This document shows, piece after piece, positions 1 through 10,218 of a DNA stretch of 49,752 bases; positions within the stretch are counted from its first letter, which is position 1, and each line of letters starts with the position of its first letter. The position numbers and the translations under genes are program-made. This DNA is from Candidatus Hydrogenedentes bacterium CG07_land_8_20_14_0_80_42_17 (GTDB lineage: Bacteria; UBA8481). Under the pieces are notes generated by a model. The model did not search any database, was not told where the DNA came from, and saw nothing but the letters and a program-made list of their open reading frames with translations. The stretch is taken from NCBI GenBank assembly GCA_002780065.1, contig PEWQ01000080.1:7435-57186 (forward strand), written 5' to 3'.

Positions 1-2144
1 GAATCGTTGCGGTTGAACTTGAGTCGAGTGAAACTTCTCGGCAAGTTTATTCTGAAAAAAATGCCTGCCCGGATTGCGGCATTGGATTTGAACCGCTTGA
101 CCCTAAACATTTTTCTTTCAATTCTCCTCATGGAGCTTGCTCTGAATGCTCTGGGCTTGGAGTTCGTTTTGAGATTGATTCCGAAAAGGTGATTCGTGAT
201 CCTGCACTCTCGATTATTGATGGGGCAATTGCGGCATGGGGTGAAAATGCTGAGGAGAAGTGGTATGGAAAGGCATTGAAGGTCGTTTCAAAGACTGAAA
301 AAGTTGATTTGAATAAACCTTGGAAAAATCTACCGAAACACTTTCAAGAAATTGTTTTATATGGAAGCGGTGAACGAAGATATAAAGTGCCGTGGATTTC
401 CCAGAGAATTAAAGCAGAGATAAATACCAAGTTTGAGGGAGTTATTCCAAATTTGGTTAGAAGATATAAAGAGACGAAATCGACTTACATTCGAGAATGG
501 ATTGAAGGTTTCATGTCGATGAAAATCTGCCAGGCATGCCGCGGTGAAAGATTGAAACCTGAATCCCGGGCAGTCACTGTTGATGGAGTGCGTTTGCCTG
601 AATTGCTGTCGAAAACGGTAGGAGAGATAGACTCGTGGCTGGATTCTTTAAAATTGGATTCAACAAAAATGAGAATTGCCGATCGCTTGATTGATGAATT
701 AAAGAATAGGTTGAATTTTCTAAAGGAAGTTGGATTGGATTATCTTACTCTTGACCGAAACGCGGCAACTCTTTCCGGCGGTGAAGCTCAGAGAATTAGA
801 TTGGCTACTCAGTTGGGATCGAGATTACGCGGCGTGCTTTATGTGCTCGATGAACCTTCGATTGGACTGCATCCTGCCGATACAGAGAGCCTTTTGAATA
901 CGCTGAAAGATCTTAGAGACCTTGGCAATACTGTTGTGGTAGTTGAACACGATCGAGACACAATTGAAGCCGCTGACTATGTGATCGATATGGGGCCGGG
1001 CGCAGGAAAACATGGAGGCATGATTATAGCTGAAGGAACTCCTTCTGAAATTACTGCTGACTCTAATTCTTTGACAGGCGCATATCTTTCCGGAAGACGC
1101 AGAATTGAACACGACAGATTACCTAGAGATTCTCGCGCTTCCGTCAGAATTTCCGGAGTGAAGACGAATAATCTCAAAAATATTTCTGTCTCATTTCCGC
1201 TTGGACATTTAATTTGCATTACTGGAGTTTCAGGATCGGGTAAGTCTTCACTTGTAATGGATACTCTTGTTCCTGTGATTCGGCGCAAGCTTGGCTTGAG
1301 TTCAGATAAACCCGGGCCTTTTGAAAAAATCGAAGGAATTGAAAATATAGACAAAATAATCTGCATTGATCAGTCTCCAATCGGAAGAAGCTCTCGCTCT
1401 AACCCTGCAACTTATACGGGAGTATTTACCGTAATTAGAGAACTGTTCTCTATGACGAAAGAGGCTCGAGAACGAGGCTACTTGCCGGGGAGATTTAGCT
1501 TCAATGTGAAGGGAGGCAGATGTGAAGAGTGTGCTGGTGACGGAGTAAAAACTGTAGAAATGCATTTTCTTCCTGATGTCTATGTTCTCTGTGAAGCATG
1601 TAAGGGGAAGAGATATAATCGTGAAACATTAGAAGTAAAATACAAAGGACTTTCAATTTCTGATGTGTTGAATATGAGTATTGAAGATGCGGCTGAGTTT
1701 TTTTCGAATATTCCTCAGGCAAAAAAATGGCTGAATATGCTTTGTGAAGTCGGACTCGGATACCTTCAGCTCGGCCAGAGCTCTACCACTCTTTCAGGCG
1801 GTGAAGCTCAACGTTTGAAGTTGGCGTCTGAATTGGGAAAAACTTCTTCGGGCAGGTCTCTTTATGTGATGGACGAGCCGACAACAGGACTGCACTTTGA
1901 TGATGTAAGAATACTTATTCGTGTGCTAGATAGATTTGTTGATAGAGGAGATACCGTTATTGTGGTAGAGCATCATCCGGATATTATGGCTCATTCGGAT
2001 ACGATTATTGATCTCGGACCCGGCTCAGGTGATAAAGGAGGAATGGTTGTAGCTATAGGTTCTCCGCATGATATTGCCTTGAATAAGGAATCGCTTACTG
2101 GGCAAGTAATGATGAAATATTTCAACGGTAGCTACAGGCTTTAG
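1..2144 (+). CDS. uvrA: Excinuclease ABC subunit A (UvrA), 5'-truncated by the window edge
   Basis: Frame 3 is open from nt 3. The upstream part reads ...ACPDCGIGFEPLDPKHFSFNSPHGACSECSGLG..., the UvrA zinc-finger region, in frame with the 189..2144 ORF. Two ABC signatures are present (LSGGEAQRIRLA, LSGGEAQRLKLA). The track's GTG 'start' at 189 is internal. Confidence 0.95.
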   Translation, partial: IVAVELESSETSRQVYSEKNACPDCGIGFEPLDPKHFSFNSPHGACSECSGLGVRFEIDSEKVIRDPALSIIDGAIAAWGENAEEKWYGKALKVVSKTEKVDLNKPWKNLPKHFQEIVLYGSGERRYKVPWISQRIKAEINTKFEGVIPNLVRRYKETKSTYIREWIEGFMSMKICQACRGERLKPESRAVTVDGVRLPELLSKTVGEIDSWLDSLKLDSTKMRIADRLIDELKNRLNFLKEVGLDYLTLDRNAATLSGGEAQRIRLATQLGSRLRGVLYVLDEPSIGLHPADTESLLNTLKDLRDLGNTVVVVEHDRDTIEAADYVIDMGPGAGKHGGMIIAEGTPSEITADSNSLTGAYLSGRRRIEHDRLPRDSRASVRISGVKTNNLKNISVSFPLGHLICITGVSGSGKSSLVMDTLVPVIRRKLGLSSDKPGPFEKIEGIENIDKIICIDQSPIGRSSRSNPATYTGVFTVIRELFSMTKEARERGYLPGRFSFNVKGGRCEECAGDGVKTVEMHFLPDVYVLCEACKGKRYNRETLEVKYKGLSISDVLNMSIEDAAEFFSNIPQAKKWLNMLCEVGLGYLQLGQSSTTLSGGEAQRLKLASELGKTSSGRSLYVMDEPTTGLHFDDVRILIRVLDRFVDRGDTVIVVEHHPDIMAHSDTIIDLGPGSGDKGGMVVAIGSPHDIALNKESLTGQVMMKYFNGSYRL

Positions 2145-2199
2145 TCTGCGTTGAAAATTACAACTTGTATCTTTACGATATTAAGAAGGATAGGAAATA

Positions 2200-2682
2200 A
2201 TGTTTGATATGAAACGTGAACGGATTTTAGCAACTCTTTGTTATGCAAAAAAAGATGGCCGAACTTTGATGATTCATCGCACCAAAAAACTTAATGATGA
2301 GCATAAAGGAAAATGGAATGGATTGGGAGGAAAACTTGAGGCTGGAGAGACTCCCGAAGAATGTGTTATTCGTGAGATGAAAGAAGAATCAGGACTGGAT
2401 ATTAAAAAACCTTCTTTGCGCGGAATAATTACATTTCCGGAATTTGCTAATGGCAGAGATTGGTATGTCTTTGTATTTATTGTCACTGAATTTGAAGGAG
2501 AATTAATCGATTCGCCTGAAGGTGATTTGGAGTGGATAGACGATGAAAAGATATTAGAGCTCAACCTGTGGGATGGAGATAAAATTTTTATTGATTGGTT
2601 GAATAAAGAAAAGTTCTTCTCTGCAAAATTTGTTTATGAAAACGGTTCGTGTAAGGATTATTCGGTTGTGTTTTATGGATAA
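2200..2682 (+). CDS. Nudix hydrolase (MutT/8-oxo-dGTPase-like)
   Basis: Nudix box GGKLEAGETPEECVIREMKEESGL; 160 aa. Confidence 0.85.
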   Translation: MFDMKRERILATLCYAKKDGRTLMIHRTKKLNDEHKGKWNGLGGKLEAGETPEECVIREMKEESGLDIKKPSLRGIITFPEFANGRDWYVFVFIVTEFEGELIDSPEGDLEWIDDEKILELNLWDGDKIFIDWLNKEKFFSAKFVYENGSCKDYSVVFYG

Positions 2683-4051
2683 GAATTTTGCGTGGGGCAA
2701 AAAAATTATGCCGGCGCTTCGCTTTGATAAAAATTCATTTTCTGAAGAACGCGATAAAGCATTTAAATTGCTAGACTCTATCTCCCCCTGCGGCTTTTTG
2801 ATTTTTGGAGGTAAAGCTGATGATATTGCCGACTTAACTTCAGAGCTTTTGCGTCGTTCAGGAAGAAGACTTCTCTTTGCGGCTGATCTTGAATTCGGAG
2901 CCGGACAGCAATTTGAAGGATTGACCCGTTTGCCTTCTGCCGCCGCGATCTCGGCGTCGTATGATGCGTCTGCTCTGGCTTGCCTTGCTGGTCGACTTAC
3001 CGCTAAAGAAGCGCTTTCTGTCGGCGTGAATCTCATCTTTGCTCCGGTCTGCGATGTGAATACTGAACCTTTGAATCCAATCATAAATGTGAGGAGTTTT
3101 GGATCAGATTCTCAAAGAGTTTCGGAATTGTCTCGCAACTGGATTCATGGAGCGCAAGCCGCCGGTGCTTTCGCTTGCGCAAAACATTTTCCAGGACATG
3201 GAAGTACAATTTTTGATTCTCATGAAAAACTTGCTGAAGGTCCCCGTGACCCTGATGAATTTAAAACTAAGCATCTTGAACCGTTTAAATCTGCGATATC
3301 TGCCTGTGTGAAATCAATTATGGTTGCGCACATGACCGTTCCTGCTATAGATGACTCTTTGCTTCCGGCAACGCTTTCATCGCGTATCGTCACTGATTTA
3401 TTGCGGAAAGAAATGGGATTCGATGGAGTAGTTATCACTGATGCGTTGATTATGTCAGGGATCGGAACTTCTGAGGAAGATGCGGCGATTAAAGCCGTAA
3501 AAGCCGGGTGTGATATCTTGCTCTACCCTACAGATGCTGAAAAAGTTTTTTCAGTTCTTTCTCAGCTTGATGATGATCCGAACCCGTCAATAAAAAGAAT
3601 AGACAGAATTTTTGGCATCGACATTGTTGAGTCTATTTCAAATTCTGCAATTACACTGATAAAAGGAGCTCCGACAAAGCCTTCATCATTTATGATTCTG
3701 TCGGACGATGCAAGACTTGACCCTTCGCCATTCAGACAAGCGGCTATTTCTGCTGGTTGGAAAGAGATATCAACAAAAGATGAAGTGTTTGATCATGAAA
3801 AGTGTGTGACTGCAGTCTTCGCAATGCCGGGCGCATGGCGTGGACGTTCAGGACCATCGCAATCAGTGATTTCAAGCATACCTATTGACACTGGCGTGAT
3901 TTCGTTCGGAGATCCGTATTTTCTATTTGACCTCGACTGCAATTACGCTTTAGCCGCTTACGATGCTCATCCATCGACTCAGAATGCAGTCGTTTCGAAA
4001 CTCAATAACGGCGAAATTTTTAAAGGAACCTGCCCCTTCGTAAAACCATAA
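2675..4051 (+). CDS. Glycoside hydrolase family 3 (beta-N-acetylhexosaminidase, NagZ-like)
   Basis: KHFPGHG motif and GFDGVVITDAL nucleophile region. The preferred start, ATG 2675, overlaps the Nudix stop (ATGGATAA). The ORF is open from 2630. Confidence 0.8.
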   Translation: MDKNFAWGKKIMPALRFDKNSFSEERDKAFKLLDSISPCGFLIFGGKADDIADLTSELLRRSGRRLLFAADLEFGAGQQFEGLTRLPSAAAISASYDASALACLAGRLTAKEALSVGVNLIFAPVCDVNTEPLNPIINVRSFGSDSQRVSELSRNWIHGAQAAGAFACAKHFPGHGSTIFDSHEKLAEGPRDPDEFKTKHLEPFKSAISACVKSIMVAHMTVPAIDDSLLPATLSSRIVTDLLRKEMGFDGVVITDALIMSGIGTSEEDAAIKAVKAGCDILLYPTDAEKVFSVLSQLDDDPNPSIKRIDRIFGIDIVESISNSAITLIKGAPTKPSSFMILSDDARLDPSPFRQAAISAGWKEISTKDEVFDHEKCVTAVFAMPGAWRGRSGPSQSVISSIPIDTGVISFGDPYFLFDLDCNYALAAYDAHPSTQNAVVSKLNNGEIFKGTCPFVKP

Positions 4052-4145
4052 GTTTAGCACCTTCATTTTCTTTTCAGTAATGCCGATAAATTTAAATGTC
4101 GCTACTCGCTCTGCGATTGACAAAAATAATTTTGGAAGTGCTTTT

Positions 4146-6401
4146 ATGAATCGACGTTATATCTCTATTGCAGTCGCAGTTTTACTTCTTTCTATTATCT
4201 CGGGCTCGACTAAATTTTCGAACCCTTTGTTGCATTTGGAATATGCTCATGCATTCTCTATTCTTGAAAAACCTGTATCTGTTCCTGACAATCCTTTCAA
4301 AGATGGGATAGCTTTACTTGAACAGAAAAATTATCAGTCTGCAATATCGGCTTTTGATTTAGCTATTGCAAATGAGCCTTTGATTGCGCACTACATTGAA
4401 CGCTATAAAGCTGAAGCACTTCTGGAAAAAGGTGATACCGATGCAGGCTTGAAACTTCTTCAAAAGATTTCTGCAAGAAGAGATCGCTCGGTTTCGAAAA
4501 AAGCTCTTCTTAGGATTTTAGATATTGCTTCTTTAGAAAAACGTTTTGATATGGCGATAGAAGCATGTAATTCGATTGAGAATATTTCGGAAGAATCAGA
4601 ACGTATTCAAATGAGAATAAAAAAAGCAGAGCTTATTGCTATGCAGGGCGATACATCGTCCGCTCTCAATATTCTTTACCCAATTGCGGCTATCGATCAT
4701 AAACCTGTAATTGCCGCGCAAGCTATTAGAGTGATAATCAATCTTACGAATAGTGAAAATAATTTTAAAAATTATGCTGATATTTTATTCGACGCCGGAG
4801 ATTTTTTTACTGCCGCCGTACTCTATGAAAAAATCCTTTCAGAGCAGAACAATCCTGACGCTAAACTTATTTTTAAGCTTGCTCGAAGTTATGAACGTGC
4901 TGACGATTTTCGAACTGCTGTCGGCAATTTCAAACGCTTGCTTGATATGAATACATCAATCTCAAGAGATATTATCAATTATAGAATTGCTCTTTGTCAT
5001 CAGAGGCTGGGCGAAGACAAAGAAGCTGAAAAGTGGTATCAAAATATTATTCAAGAATATCCTCATTCCTCTTTCACAGATGATGTTCTCTTTCGAATTG
5101 CAAGTTTGAGAGACAAGCGTGACGATCGGGAAGAGGCTCATCGTTTGTACTCTAGAATTATCGAAAAGTTTCCTCGATCATCTTGGGCTGATGACGCCGC
5201 ATGGAAGATAGGATTTGGATTTTTGGAAGATGGAAAAAGTTCGGAAGCAAGAAAAATATTCAGTTGGGCGCGTCGCCGCTTTCCTAAATCAGATTACAAT
5301 TCAGCGTTTGCTTACTGGGATGCTCGGCTCTTGGAAATTGAAGGAAAAAAAGATTTAGCTCTTGAATCTTATCTGGAGATTTTGAAAAAAGGAATTCAAC
5401 CGTATTATCGTTACAGAGCCATTGCCGGCTTTAAACGACTTGATGGCGTTTTTTCTGAAAAAGATATTCAGTCCGCTTTGAATAAAGCTACAGACGGCGA
5501 CGTTCTCCCTGCGCTCGCTGAATTGCGAGCAATAAGAGACGGTTCATCTGGTGAATTGAAAGAATCTGCTGGAGAACATGCGCGTCAGCTCCTGAGACGC
5601 GTTGGATATTGGCAGAATGTTAATGATTTTTCCGTTGCTTTATTCGATACCTCTGCGATTTTAAAAGATATTGAGTTGAATCAGGATAATTCCCAGTTGA
5701 TCTCTGAAATAACGAGACTGATTGAGTTGGGAATATGGAATGACGCATCAGAAGAAATTTTGGCTTTGCCTATAGATGCAGGACCTCGCCCTGAAAAAAG
5801 ATTGGCAGTTGCGCGTATTCTTGCCGCCGCAGGGCGTTACAGAGATGCTATGAAACTCTCGGAATCTCTCCTTTCTTCTCTTGGCTATTCCAATGATATT
5901 CAGTCTCTACCGCCTCTATTCGGTAGATTGTTATTTCCGCGGTATTTTTCTCAGTATATCGAAGAAGCTTCTTCAAAATATAAATTAGATCCGAATTTTG
6001 TGCTTGCAGTTATTCGAGAAGAATCACGTTTTAATTCGGACGCTGTCTCCCCTGTTGGAGCGCGTGGGCTTATGCAGATAATGCCCGCGACTGGAAACCA
6101 TATATCAAATTCGTTGGGCAGAGATAATTTTACCCCTGATGATTTGAGGAGCCCTTCGACTAATGTTCTGTTTGGCGCGTATTACTTAAATTCTTTGCTC
6201 ACAACTTATGATGGGAAAAAATATCTGGCCCTCGCAGGATATAATGCAGGACCTGGCAATGCTAACCGCTGGCTCAGGCAGTATCCTGATACTGAAGAGG
6301 ATATTTTTATTGAAAGAATTTCATTTCGTGAAACAAGAAATTATGTCAAAAGAGTTTTGGGAACTTATTGGATATATTCCAGTTTGAATGACATTCAGTA
6401 G
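4146..6401 (+). CDS. Soluble lytic murein transglycosylase (Slt70-like: N-terminal helical/TPR-like repeats plus C-terminal SLT domain)
   Basis: C-terminal SLT motifs EESRFNSDAVSPVGARGLMQIMPAT and AGYNAGPGN. Start 4146 (MNRRYISIAVAVLLLS) gives a signal-peptide-like N-terminus. The ORF is open from 4080. Confidence 0.85.
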   Translation: MNRRYISIAVAVLLLSIISGSTKFSNPLLHLEYAHAFSILEKPVSVPDNPFKDGIALLEQKNYQSAISAFDLAIANEPLIAHYIERYKAEALLEKGDTDAGLKLLQKISARRDRSVSKKALLRILDIASLEKRFDMAIEACNSIENISEESERIQMRIKKAELIAMQGDTSSALNILYPIAAIDHKPVIAAQAIRVIINLTNSENNFKNYADILFDAGDFFTAAVLYEKILSEQNNPDAKLIFKLARSYERADDFRTAVGNFKRLLDMNTSISRDIINYRIALCHQRLGEDKEAEKWYQNIIQEYPHSSFTDDVLFRIASLRDKRDDREEAHRLYSRIIEKFPRSSWADDAAWKIGFGFLEDGKSSEARKIFSWARRRFPKSDYNSAFAYWDARLLEIEGKKDLALESYLEILKKGIQPYYRYRAIAGFKRLDGVFSEKDIQSALNKATDGDVLPALAELRAIRDGSSGELKESAGEHARQLLRRVGYWQNVNDFSVALFDTSAILKDIELNQDNSQLISEITRLIELGIWNDASEEILALPIDAGPRPEKRLAVARILAAAGRYRDAMKLSESLLSSLGYSNDIQSLPPLFGRLLFPRYFSQYIEEASSKYKLDPNFVLAVIREESRFNSDAVSPVGARGLMQIMPATGNHISNSLGRDNFTPDDLRSPSTNVLFGAYYLNSLLTTYDGKKYLALAGYNAGPGNANRWLRQYPDTEEDIFIERISFRETRNYVKRVLGTYWIYSSLNDIQ

Positions 6402-7978
6402 ATGCTGATGAATCTCCATAAAGTTTGAACTACTAGAAATGGGAATGCACGTATCAACTGGAGAATAATTATGCTTTCGGTTATTTTTCTTAAGCCTTTG
6501 CTCTCCAAATATTTGCATCCGTCGAATACAAATAAAAGAAGGAACGGCATTATCGGAATCATGTAGCGTAAATGCGGCCATGAATCGAATGTGTGAGGAT
6601 AAGTCACCATTACTCCAAAATATATCGAGCTTACAAAGATGCTCAATCGTGCAGTGCTATCTAATTTTTTACGGTCGAAAAAAGCTATTAGGGCTATCCA
6701 CATTACCGGCAAATGAGTAAGTATTCCGATTCGTATTGAAAATATATGTTGATAAAATGCTCTCATCCATCTTGAAAAATCGAAGAACGGCAGGCCCTTT
6801 GCGCCATAAGCATGAAAGTGAGTCGGTAATTTAAATTGCAGCAATGCCGCATAAGAAATAATTACCGGTATGAAAGCTAAAGTATAACCGAGTATCAATC
6901 TTTTGCGCCTTTTGCATAGGAATGACAGAGCAATCAGCCACGGGAACGAAATAATAATCATCCGCTCGTGAAAATATACAATCAAAGCAATTAAAATTCC
7001 GGCGAAAAAATCGTTCTGATTATTTTCACTACTTAGAACTTTGTCGGTAAGAAGAAGCGAGAAAGCGATAAGAGCTGTCATAAATATTTCCGGCTGAAGA
7101 TTAGATGTGTAATAAAGAAATGGAGTAAGAATCGCCGCGGATGTTATTGCAGAGGCATTTTGACCGATACGCCTCAATACTAATGCCGCTAGAGAATATA
7201 TTAGCAGAAAATATGCCGCTACTCCGGGTAATCCTAAAATAAACCATCTGACATTAGGTTGATTGAATTGTTTTGCAATGAACAAAAAAGGCATGAGTAT
7301 TAAAGGATATCCTTGCATTCGCAATGAGTAATCGTTAAATGTCTTTACTATGTTGTGCTTGAACATGAAAGAGATGTATGCCCACGTTGGAGGAAGGTCT
7401 CCAAAATATAAATCATTTAAAGAATCATCTTCAATGACTGTCATTACTCGCATGGATCCGGTTTCCAATAAGCTGAGCCCTGCGGCAACATAGTCGCATT
7501 CGTCAGATTCACGCGGCGCATAAGTATTAAAACTTGCTGAAAGCAGAAGCATTAATATTGAGAAGCCGCATGCAATTTTTAAAACATCAAATTTTTTAAA
7601 TATATTTTTCATCAAAAAATATCCGTAAATTATTGTTCCTAGTATCCATGATGACGATAGGAAATATTTGTGAATTCCCATTGGTCCGCCGCCAATTTGA
7701 AAATTGGTGAGAAGACTAATTGATACTGGAACTACTGCAATCCATGGCAACCAAACTCCGGCACTAGTGCTATTGACTGTTTTATCGTTTTCTGCCCATA
7801 AAAGAAGTCTTTGAAATAGATATCCTAGAGCCGCTCCAGCCAAAATAAGAACTATTGCAATTCTTACAAATTCACATTCTCTATTTAGTTTTATGCTAAG
7901 CAGATAAAAGTATAGCGATAAATAAATGCCTGTTGCTGTTCCGGCGATCGTTCCTAACATTTTGCGAAAATAATCCAT
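6395..7978 (-). CDS. Large polytopic membrane protein, possibly a GT-C fold (ArnT/PMT-like) glycosyltransferase
   Basis: More than 10 hydrophobic segments and no soluble domain. The start is ambiguous (8047, 7978 or 7960). The function is a guess from architecture only. Confidence 0.6.
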   Translation of the reverse strand: MDYFRKMLGTIAGTATGIYLSLYFYLLSIKLNRECEFVRIAIVLILAGAALGYLFQRLLLWAENDKTVNSTSAGVWLPWIAVVPVSISLLTNFQIGGGPMGIHKYFLSSSWILGTIIYGYFLMKNIFKKFDVLKIACGFSILMLLLSASFNTYAPRESDECDYVAAGLSLLETGSMRVMTVIEDDSLNDLYFGDLPPTWAYISFMFKHNIVKTFNDYSLRMQGYPLILMPFLFIAKQFNQPNVRWFILGLPGVAAYFLLIYSLAALVLRRIGQNASAITSAAILTPFLYYTSNLQPEIFMTALIAFSLLLTDKVLSSENNQNDFFAGILIALIVYFHERMIIISFPWLIALSFLCKRRKRLILGYTLAFIPVIISYAALLQFKLPTHFHAYGAKGLPFFDFSRWMRAFYQHIFSIRIGILTHLPVMWIALIAFFDRKKLDSTARLSIFVSSIYFGVMVTYPHTFDSWPHLRYMIPIMPFLLLFVFDGCKYLESKGLRKITESIIILQLIRAFPFLVVQTLWRFISIY

Positions 7979-7981
7979 AAT

Positions 7982-8845
7982 GTGTATTATATGTTTATGA
8001 CTCACGAAAGAAAACCTGAATGGATATTGAAAAATATTTCCAGACAAAGCAATGTAGAAGATGCCTCACGGATTATTTCTTCTCATTCATTGAATACTGT
8101 TTGTAAAAGCGCACACTGTCCAAATTTGAATGAATGCTGGAATAAAAAAACGGCAACTTTCATGTTGCTGGGCGAGACTTGCATCAGAAATTGTCGCTTC
8201 TGTGCTGTTGACCACGGTCCGATTTTATCTCCGGATCCGACTGAGGGAGATAGAATTGCGTCTGCAGTAAAAGAATTGGGAATGAAATTTATTGTCCTTA
8301 CATCTGTCACTCGAGATGATCTTCCCGATGGAGGAGCTTTGCATTGGAAAAGTGTTATTGATGATATAAAAAATGTTTTAGCTTATGTGAAGATTGAGGC
8401 ATTGGTTCCGGATTTTGCCGGCAATAAGATTGCTTGGAACATAATTCTTTCATCAAAAATGGATATTTTTTCGCATAATTTGGAGACTGTGCGGGAACTT
8501 TATCCTTTGGTTAGACCAAAGGCTGATTATGATCGTTCACTTAATTTTCTTCGCTTCGCTTCTCAAATTCGTAAAGTTAAAACAGGTATTATGCTCGGCT
8601 TGGGTGAATCTGATCTTCAGATAAAGAAAGTTATATCTGATGCACGGGAAGCCGGAGCTTCTTTTTTGACGTTAGGACAGTATCTTAGACCAAGCAGAAA
8701 TCATTTGCCGGTTGCAAGGTATCTTCGACCTGAGGAGTTTGATTTTTGGCGTGAATATGCAATTGAATTGGGATTTGAGGATGTTCAGTCGGCTCCTCTA
8801 GTTAGATCTTCTTATTATGCGGAAAGGAATATTGTTAGGATATGA
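7982..8845 (+). CDS. lipA: Lipoyl synthase
   Basis: RKPEWI N-terminus, CPNLNECW and radical-SAM CIRNCRFC motifs. Start is GTG 7982, ATG 7991 or ATG 7997. Confidence 0.93.
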   Translation: MYYMFMTHERKPEWILKNISRQSNVEDASRIISSHSLNTVCKSAHCPNLNECWNKKTATFMLLGETCIRNCRFCAVDHGPILSPDPTEGDRIASAVKELGMKFIVLTSVTRDDLPDGGALHWKSVIDDIKNVLAYVKIEALVPDFAGNKIAWNIILSSKMDIFSHNLETVRELYPLVRPKADYDRSLNFLRFASQIRKVKTGIMLGLGESDLQIKKVISDAREAGASFLTLGQYLRPSRNHLPVARYLRPEEFDFWREYAIELGFEDVQSAPLVRSSYYAERNIVRI

Positions 8846-10056
8846 TATCAGATTTAAGCGCTGAAATAATTATTATCGGTAAGGAAATATTGAATGGCTT
8901 TAGAAGAGATTGCAATGTAGAGAGCATTGCGCGTTGGCTTTTAAAGAACGGTTTTAGTCTCGACAAAGTTCAAATCATTGGCGATATTGATAAGGATATT
9001 GCTGAAGCTTTAAAATTAACTAAAGCAAGATTGATTTTTGTTACTGGAGGGATAGGAACTACCAGAGACGACAGAACTAGATTCGTGATTGCCGATGCAT
9101 TTAAAAGAAAACTGCGACTTTCTAAAGAATCTGTAGTTTGCCTTTCAGAAAAATTACGAAAACGAAATGTTTTCTTTACTAATAGATATCGTGAGCTGTG
9201 CAAATTTCCTGAATCGGCTTTGAGACTTGATAATCCTAGAGGACTTGCTGAAGCCTTTATTTTGTCTGTAAAAAGCAGAGCCTTTATTGTTTTACCAGGA
9301 GTGCCTTTTGAGATTGAATCAATTCTTGCATTACCTTCTTTTAATGAAAATATCAGACATTTCTTTTCGACTAAAAAATGCGAAGGCCATATTCTAGGAC
9401 TTGTCGGCTTGAGAGAATCTGAAATTGAAGATATATGTCTTGATATACCTGAATTTCAAAGAGGAAAGGTTTCTTTACTGCCTTCGCCGGGCTTGGTTTA
9501 TCTGATTCTTCAAAATAAAAAACTGTTGCCTCTTTTGAAAAAAAGATTTGGTAATTACATTTTTACTTATTCTGGAGAAAATTTGGAACAGGTTGTAATA
9601 GAACTTTTAAAACGGCAAAATAAAACTTGCTCCGTCGCAGAATCATGCACAGGGGGAATGCTTGGAGAAGTTTTAACTTCGGTTTCCGGTGCATCTCAAG
9701 TTTTTAATGGCGGATTAATTGTCTATCAAAATGAAATAAAAATTAAAGAACTAGGTGTTAGTTCTAATACTTTGAAAAATTTTGGAGCGGTTTCAAAAAT
9801 AACTGCAAAAGAGATGGCGTGCTGTGTTAGAAAAAAAATGAAATCTGATTGGGGTATTGCTATTACGGGTATTGCAGGCCCGTCCGGCGGCAGTAAAGAA
9901 AAACCCGTAGGAACGGTTTTTATAGCTGTTTCCGGCAACAAGCAAAATACGGTCATAAAAAATATTTTTTCAGGTGATCGAAATATAGTAAGGATTTCTG
10001 CGGTTAGATTTGCTTTAAATTTACTGAGACGCATGATATTGGAGACTGTGAAGTAA
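8842..10056 (+). CDS. cinA: CinA-family protein (MoCF-binding domain plus nicotinamide-nucleotide amidohydrolase PncC domain)
   Basis: N-terminal GGIGTTRDD motif and C-terminal AESCTGGMLG motif. There is a 4-nt overlap with lipA. Confidence 0.88.
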   Translation: MISDLSAEIIIIGKEILNGFRRDCNVESIARWLLKNGFSLDKVQIIGDIDKDIAEALKLTKARLIFVTGGIGTTRDDRTRFVIADAFKRKLRLSKESVVCLSEKLRKRNVFFTNRYRELCKFPESALRLDNPRGLAEAFILSVKSRAFIVLPGVPFEIESILALPSFNENIRHFFSTKKCEGHILGLVGLRESEIEDICLDIPEFQRGKVSLLPSPGLVYLILQNKKLLPLLKKRFGNYIFTYSGENLEQVVIELLKRQNKTCSVAESCTGGMLGEVLTSVSGASQVFNGGLIVYQNEIKIKELGVSSNTLKNFGAVSKITAKEMACCVRKKMKSDWGIAITGIAGPSGGSKEKPVGTVFIAVSGNKQNTVIKNIFSGDRNIVRISAVRFALNLLRRMILETVK

Positions 10057-10152
10057 AGTCGCAAGTCTTTACAAAATATTTCCTGTATTATGGTATGGCT
10101 AAAGTTTCGGTATCTCCGTGAACTTCGCGATGAAATATTTTTTTGGAAACTT

Positions 10153-10196
10153 TAGTGTAAATAGTACTTGACAAGTCCTATTTACACTAGTATGTT
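10153..10196 (+). promoter_or_regulatory. Sigma70-type promoter (TTGACA 10168-10173, 17 nt, TATGTT 10191-10196) embedded in a 37-bp near-perfect palindrome (candidate operator)
   Basis: TAGTGTAAATAG-T-ACTTG-A-CAAGT-C-CTATTTACACTA: 17 of 18 arm positions are complementary. It lies directly upstream of the peroxiredoxin RBS (GGAGG 10206-10210). Confidence 0.6.
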
Positions 10197-10218
10197 GAAC
10201 AAATCGGAGGTGTTTAAC

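Noticed and set aside
7-192. 61-aa plus-strand ORF at the window start
   Set aside because: It is out of frame within uvrA. Frame 3 encodes the conserved UvrA zinc-finger segment continuously from nt 3.
2554-3084. 176-aa antisense ORF inside the GH3 gene, and similar antisense ORFs across uvrA, dnaX, rpoB, rpoC, parA and the PP2C gene
   Set aside because: All lie opposite strongly supported genes. They lack start contexts and have low-complexity or atypical composition. These are typical shadow ORFs.
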